Translations under genes and position numbers: made by a program
Shown: positions 19,664-29,622 of the stretch, one piece after another
How positions within the stretch are numbered: the first letter of the stretch is position 1
Layout: every line of letters begins with the position of its first letter
Notes under the pieces: model-generated
What the model was told of the DNA's origin: nothing
The model's database searches: none
Seen by the model: the letters and a program-made list of their open reading frames with translations, nothing else
Source of the DNA: a virus
Taxonomy: Duplodnaviria; Caudoviricetes
Strand: one strand, 5' to 3'
Virus record (IMG/VR): IMGVR_UViG_3300037067_013617
Span: 27,943-91,942 of that record
Length of the DNA stretch: 64,000 nt

Positions 19664-20226
19664 TCTTTATCAATTTTTATAATATTAAATTCCTTACTAA
19701 AATATTCCTGCAATTTATCCCAATTAAAATTTCCAGGGCAATTTTTATATTTCCCGCTGTATTTCTGCCCGTTATAACCATGTCCACAAATGGTTCCGAC
19801 CGGAAACAACCCTGAATAAGCATCAATCATATTAAATAGAGATTGATACTGCTCATTAGTATATTCAAATTTATTATCTACTTCGCCATTGATAAGTTCA
19901 ATACCCAATGTAAATCGATCATGATGTCCGGAACTCGAATGATAACAAAAGAAAAGAGGAGATAAAATATTATAGACATTCCCATTCCTGTCTATTTCGG
20001 AATGGAATAATGATATTCCCTTTTTATACTGTTCTTCACGAGTGGTACCATCCGGCATAATACCACCTCTAGCCATCCAATTTAATACTCCTGTTGCTGA
20101 CGATGCTATACCGGCTCCATGTATAACAATTTCTTTAATATCTTCGACGGAACGAGTAAGTACGTTTTCAATCTCTTGATCTTTTATATATTTTTTATAA
20201 ATTCTGTTATCGTTTATTATATTCAT
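19639..20226 (-). CDS. N-acetylmuramoyl-L-alanine amidase endolysin (Amidase_2)
   Basis: IVIH, YH, LGIEL, QYQSL, GH, KNCPG. Confidence 0.85.
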   Translation of the reverse strand: MNIINDNRIYKKYIKDQEIENVLTRSVEDIKEIVIHGAGIASSATGVLNWMARGGIMPDGTTREEQYKKGISLFHSEIDRNGNVYNILSPLFFCYHSSSGHHDRFTLGIELINGEVDNKFEYTNEQYQSLFNMIDAYSGLFPVGTICGHGYNGQKYSGKYKNCPGNFNWDKLQEYFSKEFNIIKIDKECYGITRI

Positions 20227-20230
20227 GTTA

Positions 20231-20500
20231 TTATTCCTTTTTTCCGTTTATTACCCCTTGATGATATTGTAAATGCCCACTGATAATGGAATGAGTATTT
20301 TCAATTTCAGAATGGATTTCTTTTATTTCTTCATTTATACGTAAACTATCTTTTTCATAATTATTTTTATTATCTCTTTCCATTTTAAAAAGATTATCTA
20401 GTTGTTTATCATAAGAAGAAATTATTTTGGCAAGCAATGCAGAAAATATAACCCCAGCAGTGCAAACCCAAAACCTAACATCATTGAATAAGCTATCCAT
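20231..20500 (-). CDS. Single-TM coiled-coil protein (holin/antiholin-like)
   Basis: N-terminal TM plus coiled coil immediately upstream of the amidase. Confidence 0.45.
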   Translation of the reverse strand: MDSLFNDVRFWVCTAGVIFSALLAKIISSYDKQLDNLFKMERDNKNNYEKDSLRINEEIKEIHSEIENTHSIISGHLQYHQGVINGKKE

Positions 20501-20512
20501 TTATTTAATTTC

Positions 20513-20752
20513 CTATTGATCTGCCTTTTCTCGTAATTCATTTCGCCTTCTTTTATTTACTTCTATATTAAATATTTGTAAAAATTTATCAATGAATAAT
20601 TCTCTATCTTTATACTCTACCGGATAAGCATACCGAAAATCAAAACCATCAAACAGAGCATCGATAAATCCCATACATAAATCCTCAGCAGACCTATTAT
20701 GGTCAGCGAAATACAACTGATTTGCAACCCGTAAATATAAATTTTTCGCCAT
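20513..20752 (-). CDS. Hypothetical protein
   Basis: AGGGG RBS. Confidence 0.55.
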   Translation of the reverse strand: MAKNLYLRVANQLYFADHNRSAEDLCMGFIDALFDGFDFRYAYPVEYKDRELFIDKFLQIFNIEVNKRRRNELREKADQ

Positions 20753-20815
20753 GCCAACCCCTTACTTCTTATCATAATTTTACCATCCGATAATTATAAT
20801 TTTAGATGCTTATTA

Positions 20816-21925
20816 TTAAGAAACTGTTCCAAAAGACCTCACTCTTTGAATTTTCTGTACCGTAGGAGAAGATGAATCTTTTTCGACTATCATCCTGCCA
20901 ACCAATACGCAGCCTTCTTTAATTGCATCTGGCAAATCAGTAATCATATCAGATTCTTTCGCTTCTGCTAACGTACTGAATTTACCTGATAGAACATTAA
21001 ACATAACTTTATTCGCGCTATCAATTGCCCGAAATAAGTAATTTATAACAAACTCTCCACCGGCCAGAGATGCCAATCCTGACCCGCTTTGATATTGAGT
21101 ATTATTTATTTGATTATCAGCGGATGTCTGCCAATCCCCGCCAGTATCTTTATACCAGAGATGCATATCCGCATCAGAATCTTCAGTATCCATCGCGAGA
21201 CAAGTAATGTCGCCTGTTCCGGTATTAACTACAATAGCATCAACATCGACATATAATGTAACGGCAGCAAGATCGAAATCATCAACTATAATAAATTCCT
21301 GCCGACTTTTTTGATTTTGTAATAATTTTTCCGGAAGAGCGTATCCGGCCTGGCCAATAGGAATTACATTTACTTCGCTATCAAAATATAAAATAGCACA
21401 TACCGGAATAATTGAACTATAATTAAAACTTGCTGCGGATGTATATAATTTATAAACAGGCGCCCCTGCGGTATAATCAATTCCAATAAAATTAACTTCA
21501 TCTGCTACAAGAGTAAAGCTGGCTGTTGCAATAGTATATTCACCGAATATCCCTGTAAATAATGCAGTTGACCATAAAAAGGCAGTACAGGCCGGCATAA
21601 CATATAATCCACTGACTAAAACTTTCGGAAGAGTCGGGAACGTCCCGGATACTCCGGCATATCTCGGAAAATCCATATAAGCGCTAACTGCCGACTTTAC
21701 ATAAACATAATTATCGAGATCAAGATTTGTAAGCAGTTCGCTAATATCTTTATTTTGGATCAATTCCGCAGGGAGAGTCAGCTCTTCACCGATGTCAGTG
21801 TTTGCCAATGCCCATTCCTGCAATACATCATCCAATTCATCAAGATCGGTAAGTCCGACTAATACGTCATAATACTCTTCATCGTGTAATATCTGACAGT
21901 ATCTTATATTCTTTGCTGTTGCCAT
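20816..21925 (-). CDS. Virion structural protein; N-terminal domain paralogous to the C-terminus of the 14002 ORF
   Basis: Acidic beta-rich composition; KNIRYCQILH...VLQEWALAN match. Confidence 0.55.
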   Translation of the reverse strand: MATAKNIRYCQILHDEEYYDVLVGLTDLDELDDVLQEWALANTDIGEELTLPAELIQNKDISELLTNLDLDNYVYVKSAVSAYMDFPRYAGVSGTFPTLPKVLVSGLYVMPACTAFLWSTALFTGIFGEYTIATASFTLVADEVNFIGIDYTAGAPVYKLYTSAASFNYSSIIPVCAILYFDSEVNVIPIGQAGYALPEKLLQNQKSRQEFIIVDDFDLAAVTLYVDVDAIVVNTGTGDITCLAMDTEDSDADMHLWYKDTGGDWQTSADNQINNTQYQSGSGLASLAGGEFVINYLFRAIDSANKVMFNVLSGKFSTLAEAKESDMITDLPDAIKEGCVLVGRMIVEKDSSSPTVQKIQRVRSFGTVS

Positions 21926-21939
21926 ATTATTGTATCCTC

Positions 21940-23520
21940 TTATATTAACATAATTGCTTTATTCATAGCTTCATCGGCTATGTCATCTATTTCTTCATCA
22001 GAAAAATTATCAGGGTTGCCTTCACCGCCCTGTGATTGCATTGATTGTGCCTGTTTAAATTGTAAAAATACGGGATCAAGAATAATATCTCCCATGCCAT
22101 CCTTAAGCGGCGGTAAATCTTCTTCTGCCCGAATTTCATTAATCGTATGCGTTGTTTTAACTTTCTTTTCTCGAAGTTCTACCTCGAAACTTTTATCTTC
22201 GGTAGATAATCCGTTAAATTTAAAAATAAAATCTTTAGCAAAATCATATCCGCTAACTTTTGCAAATTTATTTACTATGTATGCAAATCCACCAAGCAGT
22301 TCACGCACACCGCGATTCTTAGAGAATAATTGTTTTGCGTCCTGATTTTCGGAAAGTACGGCCTGCGCCTGGTTTAATCGAAGTCCTAACTCCGCAGCAT
22401 CAACTCCCATAACGGAACATGTAAGCGCCCCTACAAATTCCATATATTTCTGATATTCCATGTCCCGATTATTCGGAAACATATTAAGAACTTTGGCGTC
22501 ACCATTAAGCAGCGGAATATTCCATTGCCCGTCCATAGCCTCAAAATTAGCTGCCCATTCGTCCTGTGCGTCTTCTAGTTCCTCAACAGTATATCCGGAT
22601 TCCTTGCCCATCGCAATAGCTATTTTAGGGATAGACCCGCGGGAAAGGCCGTTACTGTTAAATGTAACAGCATTCATAAAAGCTACTATCGCTATATTCG
22701 CTTTCTCCGTGACAGATAGACCTTGTTTATAATATCGGACTTCGTTTAATTCATTGCCGAGATCATAAACAACATCATTTTCACGAAAAGCTGCTGTAAC
22801 ACCTCCACCGGCGCTACCATATAATAATTCCTGGATATATGCAATTTCTTCCATCGGCGGGACCTGTTCGAGTTTTGCCTTTCTTAATGCATCACTGACT
22901 TTACTTAATCCGTTTGGTATGCCGAAGCCTATTTGAGATAACGATCCGTAAAATCCTCCAGGAAGAACGGGAAGAATCGTTGCACCGTCAAGCACCCACA
23001 GTGCCACCGTTTTGCCTGAGCGATCTCTTTCAATTTCCCATACGACTTTATCAATTAAAATTCTATCCCGAACATATTTAACTAATAAATCTTTAAAATC
23101 ATCGTGTTTAGGTTCAGCACCCTGATAATCCGGCCGGTATGTTTCCTGAACTAAATTTTCTAAGAATTCTTTTTGTTTTTTTTGATTAGAATTGAGTGTT
23201 GCTTTCGGATCTTTTAAAACGAATTCCCATCCGGGAACGTCTTTATCATGGGATATATGAGAAAATTCAAGAGCTTGCTGAATGCGAAGAGTTATAATCG
23301 CCCCGACAATACCATTACGCCTTTCGATAAGGCGCAATAGTCTATCAGGTATTTTATCTTTTGGATAAACAACATGATTAAAAGAAGTGTTATTGAGCCA
23401 GTCGTACTGAACGCCTTTCGCAACAGTTTTAAAAACCCTTTTATCGAGTCTTTTGACTGCCGATTTAGCTTCTTTTATTGCTTTATCATAATCAATTAGT
23501 TGCTGTTCCTTCGTTGCCAT
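21940..23520 (-). CDS. Portal protein
   Basis: LWVLDGATI, GLS..E, NRDMEY, FKFNGL, TINEIRAEEDLPPL..GDIIL; near terminase. Confidence 0.9.
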   Translation of the reverse strand: MATKEQQLIDYDKAIKEAKSAVKRLDKRVFKTVAKGVQYDWLNNTSFNHVVYPKDKIPDRLLRLIERRNGIVGAIITLRIQQALEFSHISHDKDVPGWEFVLKDPKATLNSNQKKQKEFLENLVQETYRPDYQGAEPKHDDFKDLLVKYVRDRILIDKVVWEIERDRSGKTVALWVLDGATILPVLPGGFYGSLSQIGFGIPNGLSKVSDALRKAKLEQVPPMEEIAYIQELLYGSAGGGVTAAFRENDVVYDLGNELNEVRYYKQGLSVTEKANIAIVAFMNAVTFNSNGLSRGSIPKIAIAMGKESGYTVEELEDAQDEWAANFEAMDGQWNIPLLNGDAKVLNMFPNNRDMEYQKYMEFVGALTCSVMGVDAAELGLRLNQAQAVLSENQDAKQLFSKNRGVRELLGGFAYIVNKFAKVSGYDFAKDFIFKFNGLSTEDKSFEVELREKKVKTTHTINEIRAEEDLPPLKDGMGDIILDPVFLQFKQAQSMQSQGGEGNPDNFSDEEIDDIADEAMNKAIMLI

Positions 23521-23914
23521 TTTCGCCTATTGACTTATCATCAACCGGCGGATTCGGATATGAAGGCGGAACATCTTTTTTGGATTTGTCTTTTTTGGCA
23601 GCATTTTCTTTCACCTTCCCGTCCTTACCTTTTCCGGTAGACGTAGAATTTTTATCGGGTGCTGCCTTTTCTTTATCGATATCATCATCTGCGGATGCAT
23701 CGGGAGACTTCTGCACGGGTATAGATACAATATTAGAATTAGAATTAATATATACCGTGTCGTCAAGCACAATTTTGCCACCCTCCTCAGAAATTACTAT
23801 CGCCATCATCGTCCAAAAGAAAGCCAATATTTTCGGGACGTTATTATCTCCTTTCGGCAAAGAATCTTTAGGTGTTCTCGCCCAGGCCTGTTCAAAAGTT
23901 TCCTGAAATTTCAT
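23492..23914 (-). CDS. Hypothetical protein
   Basis: AGGAG RBS; low-complexity C-terminus. Confidence 0.55.
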   Translation of the reverse strand: MKFQETFEQAWARTPKDSLPKGDNNVPKILAFFWTMMAIVISEEGGKIVLDDTVYINSNSNIVSIPVQKSPDASADDDIDKEKAAPDKNSTSTGKGKDGKVKENAAKKDKSKKDVPPSYPNPPVDDKSIGENGNEGTATN

Positions 23915-23929
23915 AATTATTTTTTCTCC

Positions 23930-24097
23930 TTATATTTTTGTTTTTAAATCATCGACTATTTTTTTAGGATCGTATTCATGGCGATCTGCAAATTCTGATT
24001 GTTTGCCCTTATTAAATTGATCAACGGAAGCGTAATACCCCACAACTCTTGAAAAAATAAGACAAGGAATTTTCTTTTCGATTGCAATATCATTCAT
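23930..24097 (-). CDS. Stand-alone NrdD C-terminal glycyl-radical-like peptide (55 aa; missed by ORF track)
   Basis: Hand translation MNDIAIEKKIPCLIFSRVVGYYASVDQFNKGKQSEFADRHEYDPKKIVDDLKTKI; ATGA coupling to the upstream ORF. Confidence 0.75.
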   Translation of the reverse strand: MNDIAIEKKIPCLIFSRVVGYYASVDQFNKGKQSEFADRHEYDPKKIVDDLKTKI

Positions 24098-24360
24098 TTC
24101 ATTACCTTCCTCAACGCTGTATTTATTCGTTTATGATTAAACGATTTATCAAATAGTTCCTCAATAGCATGATAAATTTCATGCGTAACTGTCTCCGTAA
24201 ACAAATCTTTAAATGCTAATTCTTTATTTTCGGCGCAACAATTTAACATAGTATCAATATCAATAACAACCTGCGCAATTCCTTTTTTCTTTACTGAACC
24301 TTTAATATATCCACCGAATCCGCGACCAAGTAATTGTTTAAAATTAACGGTAACTTTCAA
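24094..24360 (-). CDS. Small HExxH protein
   Basis: TVTHEIYH. Confidence 0.5.
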   Translation of the reverse strand: MKVTVNFKQLLGRGFGGYIKGSVKKKGIAQVVIDIDTMLNCCAENKELAFKDLFTETVTHEIYHAIEELFDKSFNHKRINTALRKVMK

Positions 24361-25355
24361 ACTACCCTGCCTTCAATAATTTTTTTATTATCTATATGCC
24401 AAAAATTTTCATCATATCTTTCGTATTTTGCAAATCCATTATTCCATTTATTAAGCGGCATATATTTTGGATGCAAATCACAAAGACATCCAATTGACCA
24501 GCAAGTTATTAACTTACCTTTTATACTCGGCTCCGGATGTTCTGAAGTTTGATGATAATGACCACCTGCTGTATTATCTTTTGTTCTTAAAAAGAAAGTA
24601 CGCGCAGGGTTTGCCGGGCTAGTAATCGCGTTCTTGTATTCATGACCATGTATCACATAAAGTCCAGATATATCAATATATCTATCTTCTGGGATATATT
24701 CAATTCCCATGTTAAATAAATCAAGTAATACTTCAAGTCTGAATTCAGTTAATCCATATAATTCGGGAGCTTTATTCTGTAAATATAATTCAAATCTTTT
24801 TTCATGATTTCCAAATTTATAATATATTTTAGTTCGTGGATAAACTCGTTTTAATTCTAAAAGAAAAGATTTCATTCTATCTCTTTCTTCAGGAAAAGTT
24901 ATTATTGTTGGATCCTTACAAAAATTAGATATTTCAAAACAATCCATCCCGTCCCCATCAATAATAAAAAAATCAGGATTAAAATCATGTGTATTATTAA
25001 ACATTGTTTCTATCGCTGATATACTATGAAATGGGACATGTGAATCAGCAATAATTATTCCCTTATCTCCAGTAATAAAAAAAGGTTGATAATCGCTTTC
25101 GATACTTTCTGGTAAATTATATTTCTCAGCTCGTTTCTCAGGAATTAAATATTTATCAGATATTATTTTTTTTAAATGAGTCTTACCGAATGCTCCCTTA
25201 CGATATCTTATCATCGATCTAACGGAATCAACATCTTTAAATAATAATTTATTTTCTTTATATATTTTTTTGGCGAGTGTTAATTTTTCCAGATTAGGAA
25301 ATTTATCCAAATAATTTTCAATAATTTGTTGCTTGTCTTTTGTATTCGAGGCCAT
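24357..25355 (-). CDS. Calcineurin-like metallophosphoesterase
   Basis: DSH, GDGMD, GNHE, HGH, GHYH. Confidence 0.85.
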   Translation of the reverse strand: MASNTKDKQQIIENYLDKFPNLEKLTLAKKIYKENKLLFKDVDSVRSMIRYRKGAFGKTHLKKIISDKYLIPEKRAEKYNLPESIESDYQPFFITGDKGIIIADSHVPFHSISAIETMFNNTHDFNPDFFIIDGDGMDCFEISNFCKDPTIITFPEERDRMKSFLLELKRVYPRTKIYYKFGNHEKRFELYLQNKAPELYGLTEFRLEVLLDLFNMGIEYIPEDRYIDISGLYVIHGHEYKNAITSPANPARTFFLRTKDNTAGGHYHQTSEHPEPSIKGKLITCWSIGCLCDLHPKYMPLNKWNNGFAKYERYDENFWHIDNKKIIEGRVV

Positions 25356-25365
25356 TTAAGCTCCT

Positions 25366-25722
25366 TTAATCTAATTTATTTTTAAATAACATTAAATTTT
25401 CTAAATTATTAAAAACAGGAATGCCTAATTCGTTTGCTCTTGCTATTTCCATCTGTGTACCTTTACTGTTTTCCCATCCGGGAACTAAAAATATGCAATC
25501 GCTAACTTCGAGCCATGGTTGGCCATTATCAAAATAATCATTGTATTCATAGTCTCCTATTTGAAGTCCTATTAAAAAATCAACACAAGGCACATAAACA
25601 CAAAATCCAGCACTTCTAACTTTATCTGCCCATTCAATCATCCGATGCATATTTTTGATATAACCAATTGCATCAGAATTAAGAGCGCCAGCGATATAAA
25701 CTTTAATCAATTTCTTCATCAA
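25366..25722 (-). CDS. Nucleoside 2-deoxyribosyltransferase-like (DUF4406/DUF1937-type) protein
   Basis: VYIAG, P, SD, LVPGWENSKGTQME..A..LGIPV. Confidence 0.75.
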   Translation of the reverse strand: MMKKLIKVYIAGALNSDAIGYIKNMHRMIEWADKVRSAGFCVYVPCVDFLIGLQIGDYEYNDYFDNGQPWLEVSDCIFLVPGWENSKGTQMEIARANELGIPVFNNLENLMLFKNKLD

Positions 25723-25984
25723 ATTTTAACCAACCTTTTTTAATCATAATTAAAGATATATAACCAAATAAATCACACGTATCTGATTTTCTTAAACCTT
25801 CTTTACTGTTTTTTATTCTCGAACATTTATCATTAGCTCGTACACATAATTCTAATATTTCAGGATCATCAATCGGAAATATCTGCAAAGGATTAATCGC
25901 AGAATCACCATATCGCCTGTTTTTTTCTTTTAAAAATTCTTTGAAATTATTAAATAGTATATCTATTTTTTCCTGTGTCTCCAT
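25703..25984 (-). CDS. Nucleotide-modification-associated (Nmad1/DUF1599-like) protein
   Basis: KNRRYGDSA, RANDKCSRI, DLFGY. Confidence 0.7.
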   Translation of the reverse strand: METQEKIDILFNNFKEFLKEKNRRYGDSAINPLQIFPIDDPEILELCVRANDKCSRIKNSKEGLRKSDTCDLFGYISLIMIKKGWLKFDEEID

Positions 25985-25987
25985 TTA

Positions 25988-26347
25988 TTAGTTCCCCCTC
26001 ATCGCTATGTCATATTGCTTAGCTTTAATTGATTCATAGATCACAATGTCGGTAAGTTTAACGAGATGCGTCTGCGCAAACGCCCGGTCGAAGAAAGGTA
26101 CAAACTTTAACTCTTTAATAAATGATAGCAGTTCCCGTCCCTTGAGCGGTACCACATTCGGATTATTCTCCATGCCTAATTTATTGCGTTCTTTGACGCG
26201 AAGCAGCTCTGGGAGTTGTAATGTTTTATTCCATTCTTTCTGCTGTTTCTCTGGTAATAATCTTTTCCCACCTGCATAACAAAGAAAGTAGTTTTCTGAT
26301 AAATAAATTCTGAAACCCAAAATATCTTCATAACTGTTATTCGACAT
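25988..26347 (-). CDS. Hypothetical protein
   Basis: AGGAG RBS. Confidence 0.55.
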   Translation of the reverse strand: MSNNSYEDILGFRIYLSENYFLCYAGGKRLLPEKQQKEWNKTLQLPELLRVKERNKLGMENNPNVVPLKGRELLSFIKELKFVPFFDRAFAQTHLVKLTDIVIYESIKAKQYDIAMRGN

Positions 26348-26393
26348 TATTTTTCTCCTTTGCTCTCTTTTTTGAAATACTATACTTATTTTG

Positions 26394-27875
26394 TCAAGAA
26401 TCTTTTTTTATTACGCCCATCCCTATCTGTAAACTCAAGTCGTCGCCGCGGATAACTTGCTTTCGTTTCTTCTCACCTCGAAGCTCTTTCATTATCTCTT
26501 TTTTCTTTTTCCGTTCTGTTTTAAATATATCCCTTATTTTTTTACGCTCTGCTTTCTTAGCATCTAATAAAGTTTTTTTCTCTTCTGTTTTATTTCCTGA
26601 TAAGACCGAAGGCTTTCCAAAAGATGGTAATACAAATTTTCCATATTTAATCATACTCGCAAGGGAGTCCGGTGCATCATCGGGCTCAGCGCCTTCCTCA
26701 TAATCTGTAATTTGTACTAGATAGTTCAAATCCGTTTCATTCGCCCATCTGATTTTTTTCCATATTTTATAAATATAATTTGTAATTTTAATATGTTTAT
26801 TCTCGCTTTCGTGATAAGCAATTGCTTTCATCCCTTTCTCAATTAAAGCCTTAACTACATATCCCTTGTCATCATTTTTTTCTTTATATATTACACTACA
26901 ATGATATTTATTATAATATTCCTGTATCTTATCCATGTAGTCATCTATATGACAATTAAAATTAAATCCAATAGCCTGAAAAGGATGATCGGGATCAGTA
27001 GTCCTTGAAAAAAATGTCAATGCTCCTGTATCTGTCCCTTCGTATTTTGCATCAATATGTCCGAAGCAGGACTCCCTATAATCCCAATCTCCAAAGAAGG
27101 GATTCGTAAATAATTGATTATCACTTGCAATATGTTTTAACTGATAATTAATTGCAAACAATACAGGTGTAGTAATTTCAATTAAATGTTTGATATGCTC
27201 AGGAGTAAATGCTGCTAATCCGCTTTCATACACTGTAACTTTTTTAGGTTCCGGTAATAATCTCCAGCCATCCATTTTATGCCACGGCGTGCCGTTGAAA
27301 GCAATAGCTTGTCCAGGATCAATAATATTTGTTCTTAACTCCCGAATAAACTCATCTGTATTTTCTCGTTCAGCCTGAGACAATCGATCCTTTAAAGTAA
27401 TAATGTCGTCACATAATACTTTATCTCCATGCGTACCCGTAATATTTGGAGACATTCCAAAGGCATTGATATTACCTTCTTTCGTTTGTGTTTCTTTCAA
27501 ACTCCATTGAAATTTATCTGCACGATCCATAATAATTTCATAATCAAACCCATAAATTTCATAAAAAAGAGTATGCATTGCTGATGATTTCATCTGCCGC
27601 GTTATTACTTTCAAAATATCACTTGCGGCAGTAAAATCTTTTCTGATAAGGATGATACGGTCATTGAAATGGAATAAAAGCCACCAGATAGAGCCTACAA
27701 TGGCTACAGCGGTTGTTTTATAGCTTCCACGATGTGCTTGCATTGAAACATCTTCCTCGGCTGTCCAACAATACTTAATCCAATCCGAATGGATGTCTAC
27801 TAATTTAGTGTATCCTAAATAAGTTCCTAACAAGTGAGGTTTATTTGTCAGTTTTTTCGCTAGCGAGCGATTCAT
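26394..27875 (-). CDS. terL: Terminase large subunit
   Basis: HRGSYKTT Walker A, TGTHGD.VLCDDI, GTPWH..D, nuclease HIDA...PDDAPDSL. Confidence 0.9.
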   Translation of the reverse strand: MNRSLAKKLTNKPHLLGTYLGYTKLVDIHSDWIKYCWTAEEDVSMQAHRGSYKTTAVAIVGSIWWLLFHFNDRIILIRKDFTAASDILKVITRQMKSSAMHTLFYEIYGFDYEIIMDRADKFQWSLKETQTKEGNINAFGMSPNITGTHGDKVLCDDIITLKDRLSQAERENTDEFIRELRTNIIDPGQAIAFNGTPWHKMDGWRLLPEPKKVTVYESGLAAFTPEHIKHLIEITTPVLFAINYQLKHIASDNQLFTNPFFGDWDYRESCFGHIDAKYEGTDTGALTFFSRTTDPDHPFQAIGFNFNCHIDDYMDKIQEYYNKYHCSVIYKEKNDDKGYVVKALIEKGMKAIAYHESENKHIKITNYIYKIWKKIRWANETDLNYLVQITDYEEGAEPDDAPDSLASMIKYGKFVLPSFGKPSVLSGNKTEEKKTLLDAKKAERKKIRDIFKTERKKKKEIMKELRGEKKRKQVIRGDDLSLQIGMGVIKKDS

Positions 27876-28443
27876 TAAAAATGTCCTTTATAGCTTGAGC
27901 GCTTTCTTTGTCATAATTAAAAGTTACTTTTAATTTTTCTTGGATCATTCCGAGTACACGGAGCAGGTCCGTACTTACTTTTTCTTTATCAACTATTTCA
28001 ATTGTATTCTGAACATTCTCGCCGAACTGATTGATAGTCTTTTTCTGTCCTATCTTTTTAATAATAAAAGTATTGATCTTATTAAAATCTTTAATTTTCA
28101 TCTCGCCGTCTTCATCAAATTCAACGACATCATGTATATCGGCATTCGCCATCTTTAACAAATTCTCAAATGTCTTACCAATCATATCCTCTTTATTTTT
28201 CCAGAGATTATCATAATGCTCTCTTAGCGCAGCTGCAATCTTAACATTTCTTAATGTAGCACTTGCTCGAACAGCAGCAGATTCAATAGTAACATTCGAA
28301 TAAACCGATTGATATGCCTTTGTTGCGTTCCCGCTAAATTTAAGATAAGCTAAAAAGAATTCTTTATGTTTCCCCGATAATTTATCAAACGCCGTCTTGC
28401 TCTCAGTGGATTCTGACGACTTTACTTTCTTCTTTCTTGCCAT
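27841..28443 (-). CDS. terS: Terminase small subunit
   Basis: KHKEFFLAYL..GNATKAY...AAVRASATLRNVKI; directly upstream of TerL. Confidence 0.85.
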   Translation of the reverse strand: MARKKKVKSSESTESKTAFDKLSGKHKEFFLAYLKFSGNATKAYQSVYSNVTIESAAVRASATLRNVKIAAALREHYDNLWKNKEDMIGKTFENLLKMANADIHDVVEFDEDGEMKIKDFNKINTFIIKKIGQKKTINQFGENVQNTIEIVDKEKVSTDLLRVLGMIQEKLKVTFNYDKESAQAIKDIFNESLASEKTDK

Positions 28444-28603
28444 CCGGCACACCTCTATACAATATATAAATATTCTTTAATAATTCTTCAGGAACTTTTA
28501 CTTTTGCTTCCGTTATTATTTTCAATAATTCCTGTACGATAAAATCTTTTATTTCAATTTCTTTTTTTAATTTAAGAATTTTTTCCGATTTGTTGCGTTT
28601 CAT
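28403..28603 (-). CDS. Hypothetical protein
   Basis: Coupled ORF between RusA and TerS. Confidence 0.5.
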   Translation of the reverse strand: MKRNKSEKILKLKKEIEIKDFIVQELLKIITEAKVKVPEELLKNIYILYRGVPDGKKEESKVVRIH

Positions 28604-29011
28604 TCATTCCTCCCAGCTAACAGTAATTTCCGTCCGCGGATTATTCGAATAATATTTTAAAATTTCCCCGGCATATACCTGAGCGTCATCATACCATATC
28701 AATTTGCTTCCAGAGTCCAAAAAAAATTTGTCCAAATTATCGCGATCCTTCTTCTTTAGGAACGGGGCCATATCCGATTCTATATTCTTAATCTTTTCAG
28801 TCTTCGCCGGCGCAAAGAAAAAAGTATTATCAACCCGCGTTGGCACATTCTTTGGAATCATTTTAAATCCATCCGGCAATTGCTCCGCCATTTGTCGCCG
28901 GCATTGCGCCATATCAGCGGCCGACGGGTTATACCAGTTCCCGTGGGCGCCCTTCCTGGCACGTTGCTTCGGAACAGGATTGCCTGTAATGGTTATTGTT
29001 AAGGAGTTCAT
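28604..29011 (-). CDS. rusA: RusA-family Holliday junction resolvase
   Basis: G.PVPKQRAR, KDRDNLDK..LD, W.DDAQV, PRTEI. Confidence 0.85.
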   Translation of the reverse strand: MNSLTITITGNPVPKQRARKGAHGNWYNPSAADMAQCRRQMAEQLPDGFKMIPKNVPTRVDNTFFFAPAKTEKIKNIESDMAPFLKKKDRDNLDKFFLDSGSKLIWYDDAQVYAGEILKYYSNNPRTEITVSWEE

Positions 29012-29622
29012 TATGCGTTATTATATTTATAAAGAGTTTTAATTCGACTCTTACCGGAAATATCATGTTGTTTAATAATTTTCTTCTCTTGAACCAATTC
29101 ATATAAAATTTTATGCCGGAGCATAGGATCTTTTAATCCTCTTGTTCCATGAACAATATTTGTAAGATCAGTCCATTCCTCTCTAACTAAAAGAAAAGTA
29201 TATATTTTATTCTTCCATTTTAAATAATATATTTCATCTTTTTTTTCTTTATATTTTTTAGCTGATATTTCTCCAATATTTATAAATTCATTTTCCTTAA
29301 TTATTTTATACATAATAATATCAATAAAATAAGACGAACCCTGATCAGCATTAAAAATTAAATTTTTTATTCTATTATGCATCAAATCTTGAGAAACGGT
29401 TTCTTCTACAAAACATTCTATTTGATGAATCATAAATTGTTCATGGGAACCATTAATCATTCTGTCATCAAAAGAAGACTTAATTAATTCTGTAAAAATA
29501 TCCAAAAAATAATAAATATGTTCATTCAAAGCAAAAATTTTTCTTTCTGAATACGCATTACCTTCTTGTCTATTTTTAAAGACTACGTGTTCAATTACTG
29601 GGATCAATTCATTTATTAACAT
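29011..29622 (-). CDS. Hypothetical protein with C-terminal winged-helix-like region resembling the primase C-terminus
   Basis: RHKILYELVQEKKI versus RNDVLETLQQSKQI in the 36488 ORF. Confidence 0.45.
   Translation of the reverse strand: MLINELIPVIEHVVFKNRQEGNAYSERKIFALNEHIYYFLDIFTELIKSSFDDRMINGSHEQFMIHQIECFVEETVSQDLMHNRIKNLIFNADQGSSYFIDIIMYKIIKENEFINIGEISAKKYKEKKDEIYYLKWKNKIYTFLLVREEWTDLTNIVHGTRGLKDPMLRHKILYELVQEKKIIKQHDISGKSRIKTLYKYNNA

Noticed and set aside
14002-21925. Diversity-generating retroelement TR/VR pair for the shared domain
   Set aside because: The differences are not adenine-specific, both copies are coding, and no reverse transcriptase is present in the window
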